Shown here piece by piece: positions 46,405 to 58,538 of a stretch of 64,000 nt of DNA. Both the position numbers and the translations under genes were made by a program. A model generated the notes under the pieces. It had not been told where the DNA came from, ran no database searches, and worked only from the letters and a program-made list of their open reading frames with translations. Within the stretch, counting starts at the first letter, position 1, and every line of letters begins with the position of its first letter. Source of the stretch: Caecitellus pseudoparvulus (taxonomy: Eukaryota; Protista; Bigyra: Bicosoecida); the NCBI GenBank assembly GCA_965644315.1, contig CBFFRQ010000053.1, positions 558,001 through 622,000 on the forward strand, written 5' to 3'.

Positions 46405-47842
46405 TCACTTCTTGCCCCGCCGCGCTGCCAGGGTGGAGCCCGTGAACAGCCCCCCCCTGCGCTGGGCTCCGAAGGGAGTCATGGTCACAGACGTCGCCTT
46501 CGCCCCAAAGCCCTGCCGCGAGCTGCCCCCCAGGGCTGCCGTGCCTGCCCTGGACAGCGTGCCCCGGCTGCTGCCAGCTGAAGAGGAGGCTCGCCCGGGG
46601 CCAGGCGTCCCTGACCCACTCAGCAGGCGCTTCGCACGGCGCGCCGCCATCTCTGCGATCTCCACCTTCCGCTGCCAATTGCGCAGCTCCTTCGTGAGCA
46701 GGGCGTAGTCCTGCTTCTGGTCCACGTAGTGCATGACGCCGGGCATGTCGGCGGCCTCCTCCACAGCCACCTGCAGCCGGCCTGCTGTGCGACTACCGCG
46801 CTTGACTGCGGCCCGGGCAGCGGTGATGTCCGCCTCCAGCTTGGCCAGTCGTTCCTGCCGCGTGCGGATCTCCTGGCGCTGCCAGGCACACTTGGCCACC
46901 AGGCCCGTCAGGCGCTGCTTCAGCGCATTGAGAGTCTGCACGGTGGTGCCGGTGGACACCTTCAGGTCCAGCAGCTGTGTGTTGCGCTCCTCAATGCTGG
47001 CCAGGTACTGCTTGTTCTCGATCTGCAGCTGGTGGAAGTCGATGTAGTGCAGGACCCCGCCCATCTCCTCCTTGGACTTGAGCTGCCCCCGCAGCTTGCT
47101 GATGGCGGTGCGCAGGGACGCATTCTTCAGCCGCAGCTTCTCGATGAGGGCGTCCTTGGCTTTCAGCTTCTCCTCCATCCAGCGGGCCAGCTTTTCAGAC
47201 ATGGTCTTGCCTGTCCGAGGGTTCTCTGCGCCGATGACCACGTCGCGCTTGAACTCGTACGCCTCCTTCTCCAAGTCCTGGATGCGCAGCGTCAGAGACT
47301 CCAGCACAGCCCGCTGGATGTCGATGGCTTCGTTCAGCTCCTCCCCCTTGGACTTGGCGTCTTTTTGCGCCTGGTCCAGCTCGCTGGTGGCCACCTCCAG
47401 CTTTTGCTCTGCGCAGGGGGGACGGCAAGCCTGCCGAGACTGGCGGCAGGGCATGAAACGCGAAACGCCAGACGCACCCATACGAAGGTCTGGGGCTTGC
47501 TTGGCCTTCTTCCCGCCGCGGGCCCTCAGCTTTCGCTGCACATCAGGTTTGTGCTCCTGAGCATGCTCTGCGTCGTCAACATGCTGCCGAAGCGAGAGCA
47601 TGGAGGCAGTGCAGGTGTGCTGCACGCCGAGCTCAGATCGTGGGGAATCCACTCACTTGATGGTGCCTGGCCAGGTACGAGTCAAAGATTTCGTTCTCCA
47701 TCTCCATCAGCGCGTTCGTCTTGGACAACTCGTCAAATTGAGCTCGCAGCTCCTCCAGTTCCTCCACGCTCACATCCTGCACTTGGTAGCTGGCGCTGGG
47801 GCCACCCGCTGCCACTGCAGCCGACAGGCCCTCCTCTGCCAT
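46405..47842 (-). CDS. CCDC113: Ciliary coiled-coil protein CCDC113/CFAP263 (DUF4201 family); 3 exons, frame intact
   Basis: MEMENEIFDSYL, intron 47656-47584, LRMEQKLEVA after a second intron, EAYEFKRDVV..NPRTGK..EKLRLKN..KEEMGGVLHYIDFHQLQIEN, WQRKVEIAEM. Confidence 0.85.
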
Positions 47843-48012
47843 GGCGCCTCCAGCACTCTCAATGCTGCCACTACACCTGCGACTTTCAAGCAGACGGTTG
47901 CAGCTGAGAGACTCAGAGTCTGAAGTGGATTTTGAACTGCGGCTGGGGCGCTGTCGCCTGGGCCGTGGCGTCTCGCTGCACTGTTTTTAGGCACTTCCAG
48001 CCCGCCACCCGC

Positions 48013-49102
<1,090 letters not shown>

Positions 49103-49549
49103 GGCGCGTCGCGCAGGCAGTGCACAAGTGGCAAGGTGCGGAGGCAGTCGCTGGCTCAGGGTCCTGGCTGCTCGCTGGGCACCTGCCAAGCTCCACAGCA
49201 TGCTCTGCACGTGGCAGCTCTGGAAAGGGACGCAAAGGCCGAATGCACGCAAACTTCCTGGTGCTGGAAGGATTCAACGCAGGCCAGAGGGATTTAGCGG
49301 CAGGGCGTCAACAGATACTGGTAGTGGTGTGTCGGCAGCTGACTGTTGGGTGAGCAGCACTTGCCCTCGCACAAAAAACTTGATCAACAGCGCGGTTCTT
49401 AGCTTTGCTCATGCGGCGCAGCATATCTTTGCCGTGGTACAGCCCTTGGCGTCGCTGCAGCGCCGACAGGGCACGGCGGGCTCCGATAAAGCCAGGATAC
49501 CGAACGTATTCCCCGCTTGCACGCGTCATTCATTGTTGGAGAGTTACGA

Positions 49550-52182
49550 ATGGAGGCAGCACCCGAGAAAAGCAAGGAAGCTTCAGTCCTGCACGAGCCC
49601 GATGCGCGTGTGCGGCTGTTCTGTACGTAAAGGCGGCCATTCAAACTCTGCATGTTCGAGGACCACATTCCGCATTTCCGCATTGCGCCCGGCGCAGTGG
49701 GTGGCCCTCCCACTGAGGAAGCTTTCCTGGCAGTGGCTGCGAAGGTAGTTGACATGAGTGACGTGGGCGAACAACCGGAAGCCATGTGCGACTCTGTGAC
49801 AGGCTGTGAGTGTGGCGCACGTGTCCTTGGGCGCCTGGCCTTCACGCAGCCCCTCCCAATCACGCAGTGTTTCGACGCTTCGGCTACGTCACCGTGCGGG
49901 GCCGGGATGTGCAGCGCATCACAAAGGCTTTCCATGGCACCAAGTGGAAAGGCGAGCGCCTGGCACTGGAGGTCGCCCGGCCAGACTACAAAGCCCGCCT
50001 GGCAGCAGAAGCAGCTCAGCAAGCTCGCGCAGCTGCTGCCCCCTCCACACCCCCTGCCCCAGCCGCTGACAGCCAGCACGACCACAAGTCCGACCAACTG
50101 CACATTCGGCCCCGTCCTGGCGTGCCCCTGGTGACGGTGTCCACTGCGCCCCTCCGGCTGTCATGGGCTGTGGCCGGCCGCCTGCCTCCAGCATCCTCCC
50201 GACGCCCAATCCTCATGGACTGCTCGGGCGAGACTGAGGGCGCTGAGCAGCTGCATCTGCCGCCTGAGAGCCCACAGCAGCTGCGGCCGCCCCAGCACAC
50301 CTCTCCGCCCCCCTCACCTGCTCCAGGTACTGCTGGCGAGGGTAGCGGCGCCACCCCGTCGGCGGCTGGCGGAGGCAGTGACAGCGACGGGGGCGGGGAC
50401 CCCCTGCTGTCCTCCCACTTGGCGTTTGACGCTGGAGGGCAGGCATCCACCTTTGCCCCCCCTCCAGCCCATGCAGCTGGGGGCGACCTCTTCGCCTGGG
50501 GCAGTGACAGTGACGGCGAGCAGGAGGGCGAGGAGGAGGCCACCGGAGGCGGCTTGGCAGCGGCGCTGGAGTCCAAGCTGTCCCAGTCAGCCCGTGTGCA
50601 GTCCCGCGTGGCGGCGCTGAACTCCAAGTTCCGCGTCCTGGACAGCCGCTTCAAGCTGGACGAGCGCTTCTTGTCAGACGACGAGGGGGATGAGGGGGGG
50701 GTGCCCGAGGAGCCCCTGGAGGCTGCCCTCCGCCGGGCCACGCAGGGCGCCACAGCATCTCCCTCCGGTGCACCCACCACAGCCAATGTAGCACAGGCTC
50801 CGGTGTATGCCAGTGCCGCTGGGGGGCTCGGGGGGGTGGACCTGGCTGCTGATCTGCAGGATTGGGTGGAGTCAGCATCCATCCCCGCCGACCGCACCAG
50901 GCCAGAGCTGCAGTACACGCCGGCGTCTGTGGGGGCCAGCGGCATGGGCAGCGGTGTGCACGTCGGGCACATCGTCGCCCGCACCTCTGCTGCAAACACA
51001 GCGGCAACAGCATTCCTGCGCGCAGTGGCGCGAGGGAAGGGGGGGGGCGCTGCGGCGGCTGCGGCGGAGGCAGCGGCGAATGCCGTCTCCAGCGGCGCAG
51101 ACCAACAGGCAGGTGCCACTGGAGACGTCGGCGCGGCCGTGGAGGAGCTGCAGCGCGACCTGGACATCCTCGCTATGGTGCTGGACGAGCCTGATGCGCG
51201 GGTGATGGAGGCCACCTTGAAGCAGCCAGATGTGGCCGCATTGCGCCTGCAGCGCCCTGGGCAGGGCAAGCGCGGGCGGGAAGAGGTGGCACAAGATGCA
51301 GCTGGCGAGTTGACGGGTGCACTGTGGGACTCTGACTCCCGGGAGGGCAAGCGGGCCCGGCGGGATGCACTACGGCAGCAGCTGTTGAAGGCGACAGGTG
51401 GTGCGGACGGGCGGGGTGGGGGCGGCTTTGGCATGCTGCGGTACGATCCCAGCAAGGCATCCTCGGCCATTCTGACGCGCACTGATGCTCCGCCCCCCAG
51501 CGAGGCGAAGTCAGACCCGGCACCTGCTCCAACACCTGCACCAGCACCTGCCCCAGCGCTAGCGCCGGCACCAGCACCCGCTGCAGCACCAGCTGTGCGT
51601 TCGTGGCAGGTGGACAAGTCATGGACCCAAGTTTTCGGGATGCGCAAGGAGGGAAGCACAGCTCCTACGCCCACCGGCGCCGCCGCGGCCAAGGCAGCCG
51701 CCTCTGCCGTGGATGCCGCCGCTGGTTTTTCATTTGGCTTCAGCTTGCCAGATGACAGCCCTGCCACTGTGACCAGCACCTCTGCCGTTGCGAGCAGCGT
51801 GCCAGCTGCACAGCCCAATGCTGCCGCGCTGCCTGCCTTTGGCGGTGGGAGCTTCGATGGCAGCGGAGCGGAGGAATCGGAGGAGGAGAAGGCTGCCGAA
51901 TCTCGACCCCCTGCAAGCACACAGAAACGCCGGGAAGTCACCTTAGGCGATGCGTTTGCCTTCAGTAGGGCTGGTGCAGCAGCTGAGCGGCAGAAGCGTG
52001 CAGCTGCAGGGTTCGGGGCTGCCGGGCGAGGGCGGGGCCGCGGGCGAGGGCGTGGACGGGAGTGGATCCCACGCTCCGAGATGGTGGGTGCCAGTATGGC
52101 CAGTGCGTCCACCTGGGAGGCTCAGCGCAGTGTTGCGGCGAAGGACATGGCGTTTCGGCGCAGGTCACGGAGGCGCCGGTGA
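49550..52182 (+). CDS. NOL8: Nucleolar protein 8-like (N-terminal RRM); 3 exons
   Basis: ATG 49550; introns 49623-49697 and 49806-49867 give VRLFLGG..RRFGYVTV..FHGTKWKGERLALEVARPDYKARL. Also DSRFKLDERFLSDDE and MLRYDPS. Confidence 0.75.
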
Positions 52183-52388
52183 TGTGCTTTTGCGCGCTCC
52201 GGGCAAAAGCAAGTGCTCAAGCACGTCGTGGCAATGCAGGAGAGGGCTGGGAGGCTCACAAGCAGGCGTTGAGAGTCTGTGGAGGCGACCCCTGCGAGGA
52301 GTTTTCCTTGCGTAGCTGCGGGCGCAGTACATTCTTGCGCCAGATCACCTGCCCGGATCCTCGAGCACGTCGGCCGAGCCAGTGCCCC

Positions 52389-53573
52389 ATGGCAGCCAAG
52401 GCGCGCAGGCTGGGTGCTGTGGAGGACGAGACGGTGGACGCTTCTGGTGTAAGGGCGAAGTCTGCGAAGCAGTTCAAAGTGCGTGTGCATGGGGCGTGCC
52501 GGCGCACACACTCGCCGAAGTCAGCGCCGTAACGGTGGTCGCTGTGCGGCCACATCTCAACGCCACTGCCAAGCTATCGCAGGTCATTGTCTTGGGCGAT
52601 GGCGCAGTCGGGAAAACAAGCCTCTGTGAGCGGTTTGTGAATGGAAGATTCGAGCTCAAGTACAAGCAGGTGCGCCCTGTGCCGCGGATGCACGCAGATC
52701 GCCTTGGATCGTGGCACACTGGCACCAACCATGCGCACTTGCAGACTGTCGGACTGGATTTCTTTCTCAAGCGCGTGGAGAACCTGCCAGGCGGTGAAGA
52801 CGTCACGTTGCAGCTTTGGGACAGTGCGTGCCTCGCACTTTGGCAACTCCCCCTGTTCGCGGTGCGGTGACCACTTCCTTCACCTGTGCAGTTGGCGGCC
52901 AGAGCATAGGCTCGCGCATGATCAAGAAGTACATCAAGGGCGCCCATGCCATTATCCTAGCCTACGATTTGACGCAGTATCAGAGCTTCGCAGACTTGGA
53001 CGATTGGTTCAGGCTGGTAGTGGAGGCGTTCGAGGTGCCTGGTGCAGCTGCCGCCAGCAACGCAGCTGCCCTGGCAACAGCCAGCGGCGAGAGCAAGGTG
53101 GGCGAAGAGGCAACTGAAGCTGCTGCTAGCACACTCGGGGATGGCATCACCCAGCACAGTGTTGGTGGCCGCATAGTGGCAGCACGCCTCCCACACGTGG
53201 TGCTGGTGGCGAACAAAATGGTGCGTCGCTGGCGCCTGGGACGCTGCAAGCTCCTGACGTCACCCTCGCACCGCCCTCCCCATCGCAGGACTTGGCACAC
53301 ACACGAGCTGTCAAGGTTGGCAAGCACAAGGCGTTTGTACAGGAGAACAGCCTGGCAGCGGACTACTTCGTGTCGGCCAAGTCCGGCGACTATGTCCCGC
53401 AGACCTTCACTCGCATCGCTGCAGCGTTGGCAGGCGTGAAACTGGACCGTGCAGACGTCTTGCAGGCGACCAAGGTTGTCACAGCTCAGATCGTGAACCA
53501 CCAAGCAAACGACCCTGCCGTTGACGAGAAAGGAAGCAGTGGAGGAGACAAGTCCAAGTGCAGCATCATGTAG
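52389..53573 (+). CDS. RAB28: Small GTPase Rab28; 5 exons
   Basis: Introns 52479-52582, 52670-52744, 52824-52891, 53221-53288. Motifs [32 protein letters not shown] (Rab28-type G3), VANKMD, VSAK, and C-terminal CAAX CSIM. Confidence 0.92.
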
Positions 53574-53738
53574 ACAGAGGCTAGCGCTCCAATTTTTCAC
53601 ACACAATCCACCGCTACAACAAGCATGCAGTGCTAGCACTGCACCGAGGCTTCGTGGTACCCGTGACATGTCCGCCGTCGAGCGCTCCAGTTCCATAGCC
53701 GGCGTTGGCGGAATTTGGGCACTTTCTGCGGGATTATC

Positions 53739-55465
53739 ATGGCGGCCGTGTTTGCCCTGCGCCATTCGTTCTTGAAGAACTTCAAGGGCCTGGCAAGCCA
53801 AGATCGAACGGGGGAAGGAAACTCAGATGCTGCTGCTCGCAGGCCCTCCTTGCCGCGGCTATTGGGGCGTTCTCGAGCAGATGCTTCCGAGGCCACGGCG
53901 GGCATGAATGCCGCCCTTTCGCACGTGGACGAGGAGCTGCCAGAGGAGGGTGGGGCCAGTAAGTAGTGAGACTGTTAGTATTGTGGCCAGCCCCTCGAAA
54001 GCATGCGCTCCCCCCTTCTGCAGGTGTGGCGGCGTTCCACTTACGCATGACGAGCGAGCTCATCACACAGGATCACACGGGGCAACGTTTGCACCTCTCC
54101 CTCGCCAGCGCCACAATGGCACGGTGCGACAAGCTGCTGAAGGAGCAATTCCAAGCTCTGGATGAAGCTGAAGCAGTGGGGCAGACTCTGACTGAGGCTG
54201 CGGTGCAGGAGAGAACGCGGGCGCCCAGCGGTATTACGTCAGAAGCACTCGGCTCAGTTTCCGCACTGTCCCCTCACGCGCCCCAGCGCGGAGTTGCAGC
54301 GCCTCTGCCAGCGCTGCAAGCGCCACACCAGGCAATCTACACAAAGGGTGACTTGGCACTTCCCGTAAGAGGCAGGCTCGTGCCTGCATCCACGCCCGCT
54401 GCAGACAAGTGGGAGGCGCCAGCTGATGTGGCTGCCGCAGTTGACTCCGCAGCGGCTCTTGCGGCAGCTGCAGAAACCACACCCCAAACCAGCGAGAGGG
54501 GAGACGAAACTCAGACCTCTCCTATTCAACGGGCCGCTCCTGTGCTGCATGCCCCCCCTGCCTGGTATGCGGACGCTGACGTCAGTGGAGCGGCGCAGCA
54601 ACAAATGACGCAGCACGCCCAGGAGCTGCAAGATGCGGAATTTTCCCCAGCCCTCACCCGAAAGCAGCGCCGCAAAGCCGCGCAGGCTAAGCACCGCCAG
54701 CATGGAGCGGCTCGCTCACCAGCTCCCGTGACGAAGCCGGCCCTTCCCCAGCAGACACAGGAGCCGTCCCAAACACACCCACAAAGCACGCAACCACCCG
54801 CACTGGCGCAGCGTGTGCTTCGGGAGGTCATCCAGGCACACCCTGGCAAGGAAGGCAAGCAGCCCCTCTCAGCTCAGGTAGTCGGCGTGCCCTCCAAGAC
54901 ACGCGTCCTGGTACGCTTCACTGACTCCGCTGGCTGGATCACGCTGCAAGGCGTCGTGAGTCTGCCGGACACCTCTGCCGTGCAAGTTGGCGCACCTGTG
55001 CACGTATTGGCAACAGACGTCAGGCCCAGTGACCAAGGCAAATCCGGAGACGAATGGGTTGTGCAGTGTGCTCCTGCCCCTTCGCCTGCCCGCCGAGCTC
55101 ACTCCAGCACGCCGCCGCCACCCGCCGCGGCAGTGCCTGGCAAGACAACCCCACAGACACAGGCTGTGCCGGCCAACTCAGCCACGGCCAGCAAGCCTGC
55201 CCCAGTGCGAGGCAAGCGCATGTTTAACCCACATGCCGCCGAGTGGGTGCCATCTCCCGCACAGCACCCAATGCCGCCGCCGTCGCCGTCGCCGTCGCTG
55301 GTGGCTGGCATGTCGTGGGCGGCCCAGCAGCAGGCGGCGCTGTCGTACAGCTTCATGATGCACCAGGCACACATGGCACACATGGCACGGGTGGCAGGTA
55401 TGCCCAGTGCAGCAGCAGCAGCAACAGTGCCGGCCACCCAGGCCAAGGTGGCGGATGCGGAGTGA
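53739..55465 (+). CDS. Unknown low-complexity protein with a PAM2-like motif and a possible S1/OB-like domain; probably 2 exons
   Basis: ATG 53739, probable intron ~53959-54023 (GTAAGT..TGCAG). MFNPHAAEWVPS at ~55220-55255; beta-rich stretch QVVGVPSKTRVLVRF..VQVGAPVHVLATDV. Confidence 0.65.
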
Positions 55466-56051
55466 TGGATCGGCGATGTAATGCAAGGCAGTGCCCGGCG
55501 CATCATCACGCAATGGTTGCATTCACAATGGTGCCTGTGCGTCAGGCCTTGAAGATGGCGGCACGCGCAGCCTTGACGATGGTGGCGTGGTCCGCTGACA
55601 GGAAGGCGCCAGTCTTGGCGGTCTTCCACTTGGTAGCCTCCTCCTTGGAATCAGCTCATGTTTGGTGCCCCCAAACAGTTCGCGACACTCGGCGCTCTGC
55701 CACAGTCCACAAGCCGCGTACATAATCCGAGGCAATTATATCAATGAAAATGTACAAAAATTCGTGTTTCCGGTTCTCTTCTGCGTCTGGCTTGCCCTCT
55801 GGCGGCGCACACTGCGTGATTGCGTCGTGTGTTGACGACTTGTCAATTTCCGCAAGTCAGCTCTTGCACGAGCTGTGGTTGGCAAGCCAGCCGCCATTGG
55901 CCTTTGCAGCACCGCCAAATCGGCTCTTCAACACTTGAAGTAACAGTGAGTGCAGTTCTGTGGCGTGGCGTGGCGATTCTCGTGGGCGCTCGTGCCTGCG
56001 TTGCCGCGCGCAAACTACACCCGGCACGATCTTCCGCACTGACTCTCAGGC

Positions 56052-57725
56052 ATGGGAGAAGCAACGTCACCCACGCTTGCCGCCCGCGGAACGAGAGAGC
56101 CTGGTCCCTTTGAGGAGATGTGTGTTGGTGCGCAGCCCCTGTGCAGTCGTCAAGTATTGACCGAGGAGGACGATGCATTGTTGGCAGACATGGCAGCCGA
56201 CACCACCCACCCCTTCGTGCCGATTGATCACCTGCTGCCGGCCATCCAAACACTGACTCGGATGAAACGGATACTGCACGGTTGGCGTGGAGTGTCATCA
56301 GCCTACCTTCTGACAGGTCCCAGCGGCGTTGGGAAGACCCATCTGCTGGAGGCACATGCCCAGCAGTTGACTGTGAGGAACGCCAGAGCGAGAGGCGGCC
56401 GGCTCACACTGTGTTGCAGCACGAAGCTTGCTGTACGCGAGCCTTCAGACACTAGTAGCTTTCATGAGTGGCTGCTCAGGTCAGCCGCGAGCCAGCTGGC
56501 CGAGCTGCAACAACATGAGTCTGTCGCAAAGGTGCTGAGGCTGCTGGCCGGCTCTGCATGTGTGAACCCTGCACGACAGACGGTAGACGTGCAGCATCTG
56601 CTGGCCATGGCTGCAGGGGACAGCACCGGCAGCACTCCACCCACAGAGCTGTCGCCCGAGGTGCACGCAGCTCTGACTGGTGCTGGCACGAAGAATCGCC
56701 TGGGCCTGGCCTGCGCCGTGTTGAAGGAAGCCAACATCGCCGTCATTGTGCACATTGATGACGCCGACTGTCTGTTCCAGGGCAAGCACTTCACACGGGG
56801 GTGTGCGAAGCGGTGGTGCTTGCAGCTGAAGGATTTGCTGTCTTTCAAGTACCCTGCAGTTGGCGTGGTCCTGTGCACTTCCTTCCAGCGGGCCAGCCAA
56901 CTGTTCGTAGACGACGGAGAACCTCATGACTTCCCGCCCCGCTTCACACATCACGATCTGCGAGAGATCTGGAGCAGGCCTAAGTTCAAGGTCAGGCACA
57001 CTCCCGTGGGAGGGCCTGCTTGGAACTGCACGTCTCTCATGGCCTTCCTCCTGACACACGCGGGCAGGGAAGTGGGCAGCTCATTCTCCCTCTTTCGGCG
57101 CCACCTTGACCAGCAGCCGTCAGAGGTAGCGCTTCGGGTGGCCAGGGGGCTCGATGAGCTGTGCCTGCAGAGCTGGAAGGGGGACGCTGGAGCAAGCTCT
57201 GCAGAGAAGCTGGACGCTTTCCTGGTGCACATCATGGAGCAGTTCGGGCACACACCCCAAGACCTGGAGCATGCGGTGCCTGAGCTTGTGGACGCATGCC
57301 AAGCGCCTCAGACATGGCCAGTATCCACGGAGGAAGCTGCAGTGAAACTTGTCTCACGTGAACATGCCCGTATGTTCAGGCTGGTGATGGATACTTTCCT
57401 GGAGATCTTGCCGGATGACGAGCAGGAACAGCTGGCCAAGGACACCCTGCTCACCTTCCGCTCTGGGCGGTACGCCGTGTCCAGTTCGCTGCTGGAAGAG
57501 TTCCTGGACGTATACATCACCCGCCAGGCACAACAGGCCGCAGCCGCAGCAGGTGGCAGCGCAGCTCACCAGGCACGTGCGCTTGTATGTCCGGCTGCTC
57601 TTCATTGCGTCAATACTGCCATGGATGCTGGGTGGCTCTCACCCCACCCCCGTGGTCTGAGCCTGGGGAGCCTGCAAGTGTACCGCCAGAGCATGTGTGG
57701 GGGTGTGCACCCTGACATCAAGTAG
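56052..57725 (+). CDS. Intronless P-loop NTPase (AAA+/STAND-like) of unknown family
   Basis: 557-aa ORF with Walker A AYLLTGPSGVGKT (~56301-56339), Walker B VIVHIDDAD (~56742-56768) and sensor-like strand VGVVLCTS. Confidence 0.75.
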   Translation: MGEATSPTLAARGTREPGPFEEMCVGAQPLCSRQVLTEEDDALLADMAADTTHPFVPIDHLLPAIQTLTRMKRILHGWRGVSSAYLLTGPSGVGKTHLLEAHAQQLTVRNARARGGRLTLCCSTKLAVREPSDTSSFHEWLLRSAASQLAELQQHESVAKVLRLLAGSACVNPARQTVDVQHLLAMAAGDSTGSTPPTELSPEVHAALTGAGTKNRLGLACAVLKEANIAVIVHIDDADCLFQGKHFTRGCAKRWCLQLKDLLSFKYPAVGVVLCTSFQRASQLFVDDGEPHDFPPRFTHHDLREIWSRPKFKVRHTPVGGPAWNCTSLMAFLLTHAGREVGSSFSLFRRHLDQQPSEVALRVARGLDELCLQSWKGDAGASSAEKLDAFLVHIMEQFGHTPQDLEHAVPELVDACQAPQTWPVSTEEAAVKLVSREHARMFRLVMDTFLEILPDDEQEQLAKDTLLTFRSGRYAVSSSLLEEFLDVYITRQAQQAAAAAGGSAAHQARALVCPAALHCVNTAMDAGWLSPHPRGLSLGSLQVYRQSMCGGVHPDIK

Positions 57726-58538
57726 ATACGGGGTGGTGGGTTTGGCGAGCAGGCTGAGATGCCCATGGCCCCTGTCTTTGCGAGGATGCCGAGGTTCAAA
57801 GGACGTGTGCTTGTAAAGCGTGCTGACGGGTCAGGGTGGTGCGACAATGTTGGCTCAAGGTCTTGATCACTGGGGTAGTGAGGGCTCCCAGCGTGTAGTC
57901 CCGCCGACCCTAGGTGCATCAACGATACAGGCAGAAGCGCAGCATTTGGAATGCAAAGCAGCGCCGTGCACCTGGCCTCGAACGCCGGCACCGTGTCTGG
58001 CTCTCTGCACTCCTAACTCGCCGCGCGCCTCTTGCCGCTTCTGCCCCAGATCTGTCACGCAGCGTATCTTCCGTGGAGATTGGGCTGGGCTGTTCAGCTG
58101 CGCTGGTGCTGCTGCTTCTTGCAGCATGCTGGAGCCCTGCTGAGACCCCGCTGGCCCATTCACTGCACGGCACTGCCTCCATCACCTTCCACGCTGCAGA
58201 ATACTTCCTGCAGCCAGGAGTGGCAAGCGTAGTCACGTCGCCCAGTGCTGGAGAAACGCTGACTGGTTTGGTGATCTGAAGAAAAGAAACAGCGTTGACT
58301 CCCCCACAAATCCCCGCACAAGATCTGCCACGCACCTGGTTGAGCAAATCGTGAACCGACCGTTTTCATCGTCCTCCAAGGACTGTTCTGGCATTTTCAA
58401 TGCACGCTTGACCACTTCGCCGTCCCTCACAGTGCCCGGGCACAGCGTTGGGGCAGGGTCGACTCAAGATCGCGCGAAGCTGTCCCTCAACCAGATCTGC
58501 AAAGCAGCTTTCGAGCGCCACGTGAGGAAGCGGGTGCC

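Noticed and set aside
49308-49529. Small minus-strand ORF with QGLYHGKD, faintly like mitochondrial bL28
   Set aside because: The rest of the bL28 signature is missing and its ATG is only 20 bp from the divergent NOL8 ATG; probably promoter sequence.
57730-58500. Short ORFs between the ATPase and SPEF2
   Set aside because: No recognisable motif or consistent exon chain, so I cannot support a gene.
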